Source: Ranitomeya imitator | Lineage: Eukaryota | Reading direction: 5' to 3' | Length of the DNA stretch: 64,000 bases | NCBI RefSeq assembly: GCF_032444005.1 | Contig: NC_091284.1 | Location: 197,904,001-197,968,000 of the forward strand | Shown here: positions 25,301 to 40,300 of the stretch, in pieces | Numbering within the stretch: position 1 is the stretch's first letter | Layout: each line of letters opens with the position of its first letter | Made by a program: the position numbers and the translations under genes | The notes under the pieces: generated by a model | Database searches by the model: none | Told to the model about the DNA's origin: nothing | What the model saw: only the letters and a program-made list of their open reading frames with translations

Positions 25301-28300
25301 ACGGTGGCTGGACCCGGTCCGTGACCCTGCTAAAGGGCGTCCAATGAAAGGGTGATGTAGTAATCGTGACGCCACCTGTGGTATTCGGTCAGGGGGACCG
25401 ACGCTGCTTAGGGGTCCGCTGGGGGTGATGGAATGGCAGCTAGATGGTATACCTTCCCACAGGTGAAGTATATCCCCAGGGCTTCCCAGTAGTGTAGGTG
25501 GTGATGGTGTGAGGCGCAGTTAATAACGAGGACACAGGGTTGCAGTCTCTTTACCTTTTTACTGAAGACTTCGGGATCCGCAATCCAGAGCACTGCTAAC
25601 TAGGCTGGCTGAGTCCGGCCGGTCCGAAGGCACATCCAGGGTTCCCTTTGCAGGTGGAAATCTGTGCCTACCAACTAGCGCCTGTGTGTTGTAGTTCTTC
25701 CCTGCTGAGCATTCGGGATAGTCCTCACAACTTTCGTATCTGTTCTTTCTCTTTCTCTCCATCCCCCAAGTTTATATCTGGATAGGACGAACCCATTTGA
25801 TGGGAAGGCTTGGAGCTATTCTGGGACCCTAGAGACGCCCCTCTCCAACTTTGCCCCCTATGTCTGCTTAGGTGATGTAAGGTAGACAGCCAACCTAAAA
25901 TCAACTGTCCTGCCGCTGTTTGAAGTAATGCTTGAAGTCCGTTACTTCCTCGGCGTTCCGGCCACCGGCTACGCGCCTCAGTAGGATGTTGCCGTTCTCG
26001 GGGCACGACTCCTACTGGTTATCTCCTTGTGCTGCGATTTCGTTTCTCACTTCTCCACAATATCCTTCGCTTTGTGTCCTTCCTTAGGATGCCGCCACAA
26101 GGTAGTGCAGGCGCGGCTCCGTACGTTCTGTCCATTCTGCTACGTACCTGCCAGGAACCCACCCCTGACAGGTCCTCCCTGGAGCACTCCCAGGCTGCGT
26201 TCTGTTCTAACTTCCTATCCAACCCCCAGTTTTACCAGTGTGAGGAGTGGCCTAATCCATAGTGCCTTTTGCTCCCCCTGGTGGCCGGAGTGTGAAGTGT
26301 AATGTGTGACTGTGATACGTGGTCAGGTGAACTCCTTTAGTGCAATCAGACATAACATCACTCCCCTTAGCGGCAGAGCGACATTACTGCAACAACCAGG
26401 ACTCTGGGCCGCTGCACTCAGCCCCCCCCCCACCCCCAAAAAACCCCCACTCCCCCCTGGTTAAATCCAGTACTCCCGGACTGGGAAAAGAAGCACAACA
26501 ATACATGTTAGGAAAAAGACATACAAAATTTTGAAATGCTATAAATAAGTAAAGGTAACAATGCTTCCCTTTATGGGAGGTGAGGTCACTTGAACGTTAT
26601 ATCCTCATTAGAATGGTCCTGATAAGCTAGTGACCGCCTGCACGACACTCAGCCTGGCGCCCCTTCTTGCCGAAGCAACCTTATCCCCACGGCTAGGGTT
26701 GAGCGACTCTTACTTTTTTAGGGTCGAGTCGGGTTTCGCGAAACCCGACTATCTCTAAAGTCGAGTCGAGTGAAATCGGCCGATTATGGCGAAAAGTCGG
26801 GGATCGACCGAAACACGAAACCCAATGCAAAGTNNNNNNNNNNNNNNNNNNNNNNNNNNNNNNNNNNNNNNNNNNNNNNNNNNNNNNNNNNNNNNNNNNN
26901 NNNNNNNNNNNNNNNNNNNNNNNNNNNNNNNNNNNNNNNNNNNNNNNNNNNNNNNNNNNNNNNNNNNGAGGGTGTGCACAGGTGTCTTTTTATACTGATA
27001 CCAAGTTTAAACAGGTGCCATTACTACAGGTAATGAGTGGAGGAAAGAGGAGACTCTTAAAGAAGACGTTGCAGGTCTGTGAGAGCCAGAAATCTTGATT
27101 GTTTGTTTCTGACCAAATACTTATTTTCCACCATAATATGCAAATAAATTGTTAAAAAAACAGACAATATGATTTTCTGGATTTTTTTTTCTCAGTTTGT
27201 CTCCCATAGTTGAGGTCTACCTATGATGTAAATTACAGACGCCTCTCATCTTTTTAAGTGGTGGAACTTGCACTATTGCTGACTGACTAAATACTTTTTT
27301 GCCCCACTGTAGCAAGGAGGACTTTGTGGCAGTATGGGGGACCTGGGCAAGCCATAAGGTTCCCGTGTTTGTGTGTGTGTGTGATGGATTGTATATTATG
27401 TATTATGCCATTACAGATGATTTTTAACTATCTTGGGCAACTAATATCTCGCATGCATGTCCAGTCCTGAGGTTGAAAATGTACACGCAACTTTGTAGCA
27501 CAACAGTTTGTGCGTTGCCAGACTAAGGCTACTTTCACACTAGCATCGTTACGGGGCCATCGCCATGCATCGTCCCAATGTACCAACGCAGATTGTGAAC
27601 GTAATGCACAACGGGGGCAGCGGATGCAGTTTTACAGCGCATCCGCTGCCCCATTGTAATGTCCGGGGAGGAGGGGGCGGAGTTTCGGCCATGCATGCGC
27701 GGTCGAAAATGGCGGACTCGACGCACAAAAAAAAGTTACATGTAATGTTTTTTTGTGCCGAGGGTCCGCCAAAACACGACGCATCCGTCGCACGACGGAT
27801 GCGACGTGTGGCCATACGTCGCAATGTGTCACTAATGCAAGTCTATGGAGAAAAAACGCATCCTGCGGGCACATTTGCAGGATGCGTTTTTTCTCCAAAA
27901 CAACGCATTGCGACGTACGCCAGAAAACGCTAGTGTGAAAGTAGCCTTAAGGTACCGTCACACTTTAGCGACGCTGCAGCGATACCGACAACGATCCGGA
28001 TCGCTGCAGCGTCGCTGTTTGGTCGCTGGAGAGCTGTCACACAGACCGCTCTCCAGCGACCAACGATCCCGAGGTCCCCGGTAACCAGGGTAAACATCGG
28101 GTAACTAAGCGCAGGGCCGCGCTTAGTAACCCGATGTTTACCCTGGTTACCAGCGTAAAAAAACAAACAGTACATACTTACATTCAGCTGTCTGTCCCTT
28201 GCCGTCTGCTCCTGCACTGACTGCTGGCCGTAAAGTGAAAGCAGAGCACAGCCACAGCGGTGAGTCACACAGCGGTGACTCACCGCTGTGCTGTGCTTTC

Positions 28301-31300
28301 ACTTTCACTTTACGGCCAGCAGTCAGTGCAGGAGCAGACGGCAAGGGACAGACAGCTGAATGTAAGTATGTACTGTTTGTTTTTTTACGCTGGTAACCAG
28401 GGTAAACATCGGGTTACTAAGCGCGGCCCTGCGCTTAGTTACCCGATGTTTACCCTGGTTACCAGCGAAGACATCGCTGAATCGGCGTCACACACGCCGA
28501 TTCAGCGATGTCAGCGGGACCTCAACGATCAAAAAATGGCCCAGGCCATTCCGACACGACCAGCGATCTCACAGCAGGGGCCTGATCGCTGGTACGTGTC
28601 ACACATAGCGAGATCGCTACTGAGATCGCTGTTGCGTCACAAAACTTGTGACTCAGCAGCGATCTCGCTAGCGATCTCGCTATGTGAGACGGGGGCTTTA
28701 GAACTAAGTAAAAACCTTATTTAACCCAAGGTCACAGCAAATATTTACCCAGTGGCTCAAAAGTAATTGTCCTTCGATTGTCCAGTTAGCAGATTTTGGG
28801 TCTTTTTTATTTTTTTATTTTATTGTCGCTTATGAATTGGACATTGTAGTAAAAAATTAGCAAAATCTTCTAACAGAGATGAGTGAAGAAATAAAATTAC
28901 CCATCATGTCAGCACACATGCACTGATGACCCACTCAATTCTAAGCCTTTATTTTCATGATTCCAGTGATGATTCACCCCTTCAGTGATGTTTGTGTACC
29001 TTGATATCTGCAATCTTACATCTTATTATGGAGAAATCCACGTTTTTCGTATATGCGTATATACTCGAGTATAAGCCGAGATTTTCAGCCCAAATTTTTG
29101 GGCTGAAAGTGCCCCTCTCGGCTTATACTCGAGTCAAGGTGGGTGGCAGGGTCGGGGGGTGAGGGCGCTGAGGCATACTTACCTGCTTTCAGCGATCCTG
29201 ACGCTCCCCCTGCCGTCCCACGGTCTTCGGTGCTGCAGTTCTTCCACTGTTCAGCGGTCACGTGGGATCGCTCATTAGAGAAATGAATAGGCGGCTCCAC
29301 CTCCCATAGGGGTGGAGTCGCCTATTCATTTCTCTAATCAGCGGTGCCGGTGACCGCTGATAGAGGAAGAAGCTGCGGGAGCAGGTAAGTATCGCATATT
29401 TACCTGTCCCCGTTCCAGCCGCCGGGCGCCGCTCTGTCTTCCCGGCGCCACTCCCCTCTGACTGTTCAGGTCAGAGGGCGCGATGACGCATATAGTGTGC
29501 GTGGCGCCCTCTGCCTGATCAGTCAGTGCGGAGAGACACCGGGACCGGACGCCGGGAGCTGCAAGCAAGAAAGGTGAGTATGTGTTTTGTTTTTGTTTTT
29601 TATTGCAGCAGCAATGGCAGAGCTTTCAATGGAGCATCTATGGGGAAATATGAACGGTGCAGAGCATATATGGGGCACAGCTATGGGGAGATATGAACGG
29701 TGCAGAGCACTATATGGGGCACAGCTATGGGGAAATATGAACGGTGCAGAGCACTATATGGCAGCTATGGGGAAATATGAACGGTGCAGAGCACTATATG
29801 GCAGCTATGGGGAGATATGAACGGTGCAGAGCACTATATGGCAGCTATGGGGAGATATGAATGGTGCAGAGCACTATATGGCACAGATATGGGGAAATAA
29901 TGATCTATTTTTATTTTTGAAATTCACCGGTAAATGCTGCATTTCCACCCTTGGCAAAATTAGGGGGGTCGGCTTATACTCGGGTCGGCTTATACTTGAG
30001 TATATACAGTAAATGAGCTGTTCAGGACTATTGGCCAGAAACTGATCTGCAAGAGAATCTGCCTCCAGTGATTATTTTAGATGAAAGGAAGAGTTACCAG
30101 TGTAAGACATGTAACTAAGGCTGCTTTCACACATCAGGTTTTTTCTTTCAGGCACAATCCGGATCCGTTTTTTTCCCATAGAGCGTTTCATCCGTTTTGT
30201 GCCGGTTCCGTCCCTTCAGGCTATTTTGCCGGACACAAAAAACGTCTCCTGCAACATTTTTTTGTGTCCGGCGAAAAAGCCTGAAGGGACATTTCCAGCA
30301 ATAAACGCATGGAACTGATGTGTGAATGAATGTTTCCGACGCCACACTCTCTCACACTCTCTCACACTCTCTCACACTCTCTCACACTCTCTCACACTCT
30401 CTCACACTCTCTCACACTCTCTCACACTCTCTCACACTCTCTCACACTCTCACCAGGTAGTCAAAAACCATGCGCAGTACAGAGAGCCGGATCCAGCTAA
30501 AAAAACAGATCCGCTGCATCAGTTTTTCACAATTTACGCCGGATCCGTTTTTTTAGCAAATTTGCCGGATTTAGCCTGAAACCAAAAACCTGATGTGTGA
30601 AAGCAGCCTAGAACAGAACAGGAGAACTGAACTTGTCACATTTTCTGCAGCTCTCTGAGCTCTGCTGTATTGCAACACTATTACAACCCTGCCTGACTGT
30701 GAAATGGAAGCTGAAGCACTGATGTGCCAGTTATAACACAGATCTGAGATCACAAGAGCAGAGAGGTATTAAATACACTGTTAATGCCTCTTTTCATGTA
30801 AAATAACCTTTGTAGGAAGATTCTCATGCAGCAGACCAGTGCCGATCCATAGCTTGGAACAGCTCATTTACATATAAGAAAAATGATGATTTCTCTGGAA
30901 TGAAACGGCAGATGACAGATTTTGAAATGTCATTTTATTCAGATTCCTATGACCTGCATGCCCATATAGACTGCATAGGCGGGTTTATCCTACTGACCGA
31001 TCCCCTTTAAATGGAATGTATCCTCCAAAAATGTACATAACTTTCAGAAGGTTTGTAGAATGGGTTGTTTAGAAAATTTGTATTTATAATAAAGATCATC
31101 TTATCTTGGCCAGAGTGGAGAACATTGAAATAGATTGCATCTCACTCTGGAGGTCTTGTCTTTTTTTGTGGCTTCTCAACGAGTAGATTGTGAACAACCT
31201 CTTTTAATGAAAGTCTCATTCTGCAATCTTGTATTTTCCAGGCTTGCATCTGCAAAATTCCCATCTGGTCACTTTTCCCATGTGTTTATTGATGAATCCG

Positions 31301-34260
31301 GACATGCAGTAGAGCCTGAGTGTGTAATAGCTGTCGCAGGTATCGGAATATTCATCAGTGAACTCTTTTCATGCTGTACATGTACCTAGTAATCATTATA
31401 TTACATGGATGCCCAGTTATAGTCGAACTCTAAAATTACATTCTTTGTAAGTGATCTTTGTAGCAAAAATGTCCATAAATAAGGCCAAATGTTACTAACT
31501 TCAACATTTCCTCAATTTTAGGTATTCTGGATGTGATGAAAGGAGGGCAGTTGGTTCTGGCTGGTGATCCAAAGCAGCTTGGCCCAATATTAAGGTCTCC
31601 ATTTGCCATTGATCATGGATTAGGTGAGCACCTATAATCTTATGTGGTTCTCTGCAAATCCTAATAATGGGCACAATCTGTAATTTTAAAGCTGTGGTGT
31701 TTCACGTTTTGTTTTGCAGCTATGTCTTTGCTTGAAAGATTGATGACTCAAAATCCACTTTATGGAAAATCCAGCGGGTCTTACGATGCCAAGTTTGTCA
31801 CAAAGTTGCTGCAAAATTACAGGTCTGTGCTGTGATCTATTTTTTTCCCCCTCTTTTAGGTCATGTTCCTATGATGGGTGTTTTGATGTTGCAGATTTTC
31901 TGCAGTATCTCTGCACCTATCCACTAAGGCTATGTGACACACTGAGTATTTGCATCAGATTTCTCTGCACCAAAAAAAGTCTTGGCAGGAAAAACACAGG
32001 GTAAAATATACACATTTTTGCTACAATTTTATCTCCATTTTTACCTACTTTTTTTTTTCTTAATTTGAATCTGTGAATAATGCTGAAATGAACCCCAGAT
32101 GGAAAGACTTAAGGGGAAAAACGCACCATGACCTTGAGATTTTAGAAATATCATTCGCTTTGCGTTTACTGTAAACAAAAAAAATTAAAAATTAAAAAAA
32201 CATAATTTTTTATGTTAAAATATAAAGCGACCAAGAGCAGTAGCCCTGGTCAAGCTGCTGCCCTATAACATCCTGGCACTTTACGGACAATGGGTGTATC
32301 AGTCCCAATGTGCTGTCAGGTATGGGGTGCATCACACTCGCTTGTAAGCCGCAAGCCTCCGCTGTTTCCAGGCCTCCATCTTCAGGAGCCACTGCTCATA
32401 ACTTGGGGGACACCCAGTTTCTTTTAACTAACAAAAGTTTACTTGATAGTTCACATTCCACGGAATGTAACACCCAGTATCGGGCACAAAACGTCTTAGT
32501 ACGTTTTCAGCATTACTATTCGTGTCTCCTGAACTATCCCTACGTCTACTGGTTTTGTCAGCCCCAGGATTTCCTTTCCACAGTGCACCCTGGATTCATT
32601 ACCTTCCCTTCACTAGGTTCCGCGTCCATTGTCCTCTGTACGTCGGAGAATAAGGCACTTTTCAAAGTATCTGTATCAAGCCTTGAGCGCTGGACGTTGC
32701 AAGAATGTCCGCAAGCGATTCCATTAAGGTGTCCCACTGCCCGAACAATAGATTTTTACTGGTGCTAGCATCCCACTGCACTTGAATTTGACCATGGTTA
32801 ACGCATTTCCTATCTGACTGCCTACAAGGAAGCAGACTCTTTTTACTGGGGCATTCCTTTCCCTCTATGGGCTAGTTCCAAACTTTAACTATGTCTGTCC
32901 CTACCATATGAAGTTGGGAAGATCATATTCACAGTATTATGCATTACAGTTTCTGTCAAAACGTATTACACCTATGAAGAATTCCTGCTGCATATGATGC
33001 ATATTGTACTAACACCTATCACTCTATACATCATTCACTAAATATATTACACTTAAATTGCTTACCAAGTCTATCTTCTGTCCTAAATCCTAACCTATGC
33101 CTCTCCTACTGTACACTAAACATTACTATATACATATAATATATTGTTACAGTCATCGTTGAAAGTGTTTCAATGTAGAAAAAATGGTCTGCACTCAAAA
33201 TTTAAAGGAGAGGTGCAGGAGGAGTGGGTCGTAATCCCAATGCATACAATAAGGAAAATCCATTGCACTCTCTCAAAAACTGATATTTTGCAAAGTAATT
33301 TTAATGATTAGCATATATACATAAGATTAATCAGATGGGGTTCATAAGCGACAATATAAAGGAGGTTTCGACCTATCCCGGGTCTTTGTCAATCTCAGAG
33401 AATATCTGAATCACTTGAATGAAGGGTGTAGAAGCACAGGCTTATGTTATTTGTGGATTGCACACTGCAATGGCACAGGACACGCCACAATTACCAATAC
33501 TCAGTCAAATAGATAGTCTAGGCCAGGGGTGGGGAACCTTCTTCCAGCTGGGGGCCATTTGGAAACTTCTACCTTCATTCGGGGGCCACACAAAAATGAT
33601 CACCTTGAAAATTACCCCGGTATATTTAGTCAAACAATTAATTACGGTAACACACCCTTAATGTGATGGCTGGAGCTGTTTCTCTTTGGTACAGCTGTCA
33701 TGTTAGGTGATACTGATCATGTTGCTTTTCCAGGTTTGTGTCGGCCAGGAGAGCAGTCAACTTTTTGTCATAATAAGTTTTGTAAAACATTTACATCACC
33801 ATAGGAGACGCTGGGACTACTGTATATACATCACATAGGAGACGATGGGACTGCTGTATATACACCACATAAGAGACGATGGGACTGCTGTATAAGCATC
33901 ACATAGGAGACACTGTGACTGCTGTCTATACATCACAGAGGAGATGCTGAGACTGCTGTATGTATATCACATGGAGGACGCGGAAATAGCTGTACATACA
34001 TCACACAGGAGATGCTGGGACTGCTGAATATACATCACATAGGAGACGCAGGAACTGCTGTATATACATAACATAGGAAATATTGACACTGCTGTATATG
34101 CATCACAGGAGACTCTGGGGTCATATAAATTACAGGAGGGGCTGAGAGGGCATATACATCACAGGTGATGCAGGGACATATTCATAACCAGGGAGGCTGG
34201 GGGGGAATAGACATCAATGAGGGGATATATACATCACTAGGAAGCACAGGCCGCACTGGG

Positions 34261-34346
<86 letters not shown>

Positions 34347-37300
34347 ATAGTCTCTATCCCTGGGGGAATATACATCACTGGTGGAGTCGCATACATCACT
34401 GGGGGCTATATACATCACAGGTGGGGGATATACAGCACTGGGGGCGATATACAGTATTCAGCGGGATATACAACACTTCTGGGGAATATACATATCACTT
34501 AGGGCACAAACAGCACTTGGGGAGGGGGATATACATCACTGGAGGACAGGCATCACTGGGGAGGCCGTTATGACCTGGTGGTCAGGACAATAATGGACCT
34601 GGTGGTTAAGAGCACACGGAATGACCTGATAGTTACTGATAATAAAGGACGAGCTCTGGGACGTGGGAACTCTGCTGACCGCAATCCCTAAACCTATCAA
34701 CCACACTAGAAATAGCGGTGGATTGCGCCTAACGCTCCCTATGCAACTCGGCACGGCCTAAGAAACTAGCTAGCCCTGAAGATAGAAAAATAAAGCCTAC
34801 CTTGCCTCAGAGAAATTCCCCAAAGGAAAAGGCAGCTCCCCACATATAATGACTGTGAGTAAAGATGAAAATACAAACACAGAGATGAAATAGATTAAGC
34901 AAAGTGAGGCCCGACTTACTGAACAGACCGAGGATAGGAAAGGTTACTTTGCGGTCAGCACAAAAACCTACAAAGAGACCATGCAGAGGGCGCGAAAAGA
35001 CCCTCCGCACCGACTCACGGTGCGGAGGCGCTCCCTCTGCGTCCCAGAGCTTCCAGCAAGCAAGACAACAAATTAAATAGCAAGCTGGACAGAAAAATAG
35101 CAAACCAAAGAAATACAAGCTGGAACTTAGCTTCTGATGGGAAGACAGGTCACAAGAACGATCTAGGAGTGAACTAGACCAATACTGGAACACTGACAGG
35201 TGGCATGGAGCAAAGATCTAAGTGGAGTTAAATAGAGCAGCAGCTAACGAATTAACCTCGTCACCTGTGGAAGGAAACTCAGAAACACCCACCAGAGGAA
35301 GTCCATGGACAGAACCAGCCGAAGTACCATTCATGACCACAGGAGGGAGCCCGACAACAGAATTCACAACAGGAGGCACACAGATCACTGGATGGGGTTC
35401 ATAGAGCACCGGAGGGACACAGATCATGGGGGGCACAGAGATCACGGGGGAGCACAAAGATCACGGGGAGGCACAGAAATCACTGGGGGTGGCACAAAGA
35501 TCACAGGGGGCACAGAAATCACAGAAGGGCACAAAGCTGAGGGGCACAAATCACGGAGGGGTACATAGCTGGAGGGGACAGATCACAGGAAGCACAAATA
35601 TCACAAGGGTACATAGCAGGGGGCACATGGATCACAGGGGGCAGTAATCTGGGAGCCTCAGATCACAGGGGTGCATATAGCTTGGGGGCACAGATCACAG
35701 GGGGCATATAGCTGGTGGGCACAAATCACAGGGGGTATATAGCTGAGGGGGCAGAGATCACAGGGGGAACAGATCACAGGGGGCACATAGCTGGGGGGCA
35801 GAGATCACAAGGGGCACAGATCACATGGAAGCACAAATATCACAGGGGGTACAAAGCTGGGGGCACAGGGATCACAGGGGGGCAGAAATCTGGGAGCCTC
35901 AGATCACAGGGGTGCATATAGCTGGGAGGGCACAGATCACAGGGGGCATATAGCTGGGGGCAGAGAGATCACGGGGGAACAGGGCTCACAGGGGGCACAT
36001 TGCTGAGGGGAGACAGTTCACAGGGGTGCATATAGCTGGGGGGCACAGATCACAGGGGACATGTTGCTGGGGGGTACAGGGATCACAGGGGGGCATATAG
36101 CGGGGGGCACAGATATCATAGGGGGAGGGAACAAAGCTGGGGCCACAGATCACAGGGGGAGCCAGATCACAAGGGGGCATATAGTTGGAGGGCACAGAGA
36201 TCACATGGGGGCACAGAGATTACACATCACATGGCTGAGGGGCACAGATCACCTGGCACAGAAATTACCAACAGACGGGCACAGAGCTGCCGGCACAGAG
36301 ATCGCTCTGGACTCTCTGGCAGCAGCTCCTCTTCCGGGTCAGGATGACGAGAGAGCATTGGGTGGTAACCCCGCCCAGCCTGGAGCTAACCCCACCCACC
36401 CCGATGACCTAATCATTCATGTTCAGGCAGCATTCTGTAATGAACACTGTGTGCACTTGGGGTTAAAGGGCCGGCAGCTGGCAGGATACGGCTCCCGCCC
36501 AAGCATTGCGGACTCCGGGGACCTGCTCGCAGGCCGTATGTGGCCCGTGAAGCAGAGGTTTCCCACCCCTGGTCTAGGCAATCCCCAAATAAAACAAGCC
36601 TGTATTTTTACACTCTGTATTAAAGCGATTCAGATATTCCGTGACCTTGACAAAGAATCGGGACGGGTCGAAACATCCTTATGTATATATGCTAATCAAT
36701 AAAATTACCTTGCAAAACATCAATTTTTCTGAGTGTGGCGGATTTTCTTTCTTGTTGGCACCCTTGAAATGGTTCCGGAAAATTATTGCAATTACACGTT
36801 TATTTCCTTTTGTGTGTATTGGAACAACACAAAGAAAAATGAAGGAAAAAAGGGCAAATTTGACACATTTTCACATACGACTCCCAAAATGGGCCAGACA
36901 AAATTGTTGGCACTTAATTATTTCAAGCATGTGATGCTCATTTAAGCTCACCTGTGACATAGAGAACAGAAAGAGAAGAGAACTGTCTGAGAACTTGAGA
37001 ACCAAAATTGTTGAACAGGATCAACAATCTCAAGGTTACAAGTCCATCTCCAGAGATCTTGATTATTTTGTGCACCGTCGACAAAGGAACACCAAGACAT
37101 TTACAACCCATGGCACTGTAGCTAATCCGGATGTGGATGTCTGAGAAAAATTGAAGAAAGGTTGCAACTCGGGATAGTCCAAATGTTAGATAAGCAGCCC
37201 CAATTTAGCTATCTTGCAGGCTCAGGGTGCATCCGTGACAGTGTGAACTATCCATTGACATTTGAATGAAATAAAACGCTATGACAGAAGACCCATGAGG

Positions 37301-40300
37301 ACCCCACTGCTGACAGAGACATAAAAAAATTAGACTGCAGTTTGCCAAAATGTATGGAAGTCAAAATTCTCCTGGGAAAGCATCTTGTGGACAGATGGGA
37401 TCAAGATGAAGCTTATTGTTAAAGCACATCATCTTACTATTTAACGCAAACTGAATGAGAAAAGATCACAGTACCCTACAGTCTAATATAGTGGAGGTTC
37501 AAAGATGTTTTGGAGTTGCTTTGCTGCCTCTGGCACTAGGTGTCTTGACTTGTGCACAAGGCATCATCATAAAAAAAAAAGTAGGAAAAATTATAGTCCA
37601 ACAAGTAGTTAGGGAATTGTGTACTGTTTTAACTTTTTCCATGTTGTTCGTTTTTGCCTATGTATATTCTTGGTAATGATAAAATCCATTTTAACTAGGT
37701 CTCATCCTGACATTCTCTCTGTTCCTAATGAACTTTTCTATGATAATGAGCTGCAAGTCAAGGCTGATGAAATGGTCACACATGCATACTGCCACTGGGA
37801 GAAGCTGCCGAAAAAGGTAAGCCTTACTTTTTTATTTAAAGAATAGGGGAAAAAAAGATTTTCTAACTATATAGAAGCTTTTACTTAGGATAACTTTTTA
37901 CACTGTGATGGATTCTACGAAATAACTCAAAGCATCAAATCCACATTGCCCACCACTGATATATGTGAATTATGGATAGTTGCATGACCGCTGTATACTG
38001 GTTTCTATTGATGATGTCTGCTTTAGGGATTTCCTTTCAGGAGATCATTTAACGTGGTCCAAGGAGTGCCTTGCTTAAAGAGTTTTTCCCACAAACAAAA
38101 AGATCATTTTTATCAATAGATCTCGGAATAATAATAATTTCCACAATTGGATGTTTTGTTTTTTTAAATGTTCCTGTGCTGAGATTATCTTATAAATGTG
38201 TCCCTGCTGTGTACTGTGTAATGGCCGAGTCTGACCGTACAGGAACATGGTCTGATCATACCACAGCTCCTCGGCAGGAAAGGGAGAGTAAAAGAGAGTA
38301 TACAGACATTACCGCATGGGATCGCAATTTTGTGATGTAAAACATGTCACTGACAAATTTTAAACAATGTTTTACTTCAATGCTTCAAAGAGAGAATAAT
38401 TTGCAATCCCATGCTGTAATGTCTGTATACTTCCCTCCAGCCAGGACCTGTGGTATGAGCAGACCATGTTCCTGCACAGTCAGACACAATCATTACATAA
38501 CACATAGCAGGAACACATATATACTGTAAGATTATTTCCGCACAGAAACATTTAATTTAAACCCATCCAATTGTGAAAATTATTATTATTCCAAGAGCTA
38601 TTGATTAAAATTAAGTTTTGTTCTTGAGAAACCCCAGGAGATTGAGTTGGCAAGTAAGGGTTACAATAGTCTGCTTTGTCAAATAAAGAGAAAACAGAGA
38701 AAGTATTAGAATATAGCAAACATTGTTTATTGTTTACGTTTTGTGCAATATTAATTTTTACAGAACTTTCCGATCATATTCCATCATGTGATGGGAAAAG
38801 ATGAACGAGAAGGCAACAGCCCATCTTTCTTCAATGTATTTGAGATACAGGTGCTGATGTCTTATCTCCACGATTTACTAGAGACACAAGGAAAAAAAGG
38901 TGTAGCCAAGCTCTCGCCCACAGAAATAGGCATCATTACTCCTTACAGAAAGCAGGTACAGTTTACATCATTTTAAATGTATGTTTATATTCTAGAAGAG
39001 TATCTTCGTTTTCTCAATAGGGACATTACTCGCCTATTCCTTATATTGAAAGCTGGTAACTTCAGATTGCTAGAAACAATGTCCTAAAGACCTCTACTAT
39101 AACAGCCCAATAAATGTTTAGCACTTTTTTATTGTATGTGGCATGTAGTTGACACATAAAGATCACGTGGCAAAAACACAGGCATCAACATTTGATGAAT
39201 ATTCACCCGTGTGCCAGCAAGTAAGGCCGACTGCAGTACTTGACTCTACAGAGACTATTCAGGGGGAACGTCCATATCCCCACATTCTGTATTAGCTTTT
39301 AGGAGACTCTTATCCTTTCATCAGGCATGAGCAGTTACCCCTCCCAAACAGGGTATGTGGCACACCCTTAAGAGACTATATGAATTTGGATAGTGTGCTA
39401 CTTCCTTTTGAAGCCAACCAATGAATACCAGATTCGTAGTGAATGTATGAAAATAATTGCACACCAAAAGGTATATGGAGATGCTGAACTAAGATTTATT
39501 CTGAATATCTCATATCCACAGATTACACTGCAGTCAGTATGGAGAAAAAGTAACTTTTCCGGTAAATATCCTTCATTGGACATGTCCGCAGTGGGAAATA
39601 CTCTCAAAATTAGGCCGAGGTCACATTGATGTATAGCATCCAATGCAAGATGCCAATGACACTTTGCTCAAACTCTGCTACAAGTGTGAGCCGATCTTAT
39701 GCTACTATAAGTCAATCTTCTCACATGCAAGAATTGCATCTTACATCACAGGTGAGGAGAAGGAGAAGTTAATCTCTCCATCCACTCCATTGCCGGTCTT
39801 GGCAAATATCGGACTGCACTTGGATTTTTATTTTTATTTTTTACATTTTTTTTATTTATTTATTTTCCATGCCGAACCTGCATGGGAGAAAAATTGCAGA
39901 TGTGCTCTCCCTCATTGAATAACACTGGTCAGAGTGCAGTGCAAGATTTTGTCGCATTGCACTCCTCCATATTATACGCCAGTGTGAGCGAGCCCTTAGA
40001 ATGTTTCAGGATTTGAGGTGGGTTTCCCCAGAGCAAAGAGGCAAACCAGGACCAAGTATTGTGACACACCACTCACTTTACACAATACTTGGTCCTGATT
40101 TGCCCACTGCAAATCCTGAATCATTCTAATTTTCTTTCAAGGTTTCAGCTTTACTGCAGCCCAGGGACGCTGTGAGTGACAGCTCAGCTGCCCTATGGGA
40201 TCTGGAGTATGCTGGACGGTCAGAGTTGAGTGACAGTCCAATCATCCAATCTGATGCTGGGGGTGTGCTGGACTGTTAACATTTTGACTTGAGCAGCCCT

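Larger units (their letters stand above)
33250..36752. mobile_element. Penelope-like inverted repeat pair (arms ~33250-33430 and ~36610-36752) split by a hAT insertion
   Basis: diverged reverse-complement arms, each with a UUGACAA-A-G...C-GAAAC hammerhead-like core. Confidence 0.55.

Noticed and set aside
34165-34418. Poly-IY ORFs
   Set aside because: Translation of the (TA)n microsatellite.
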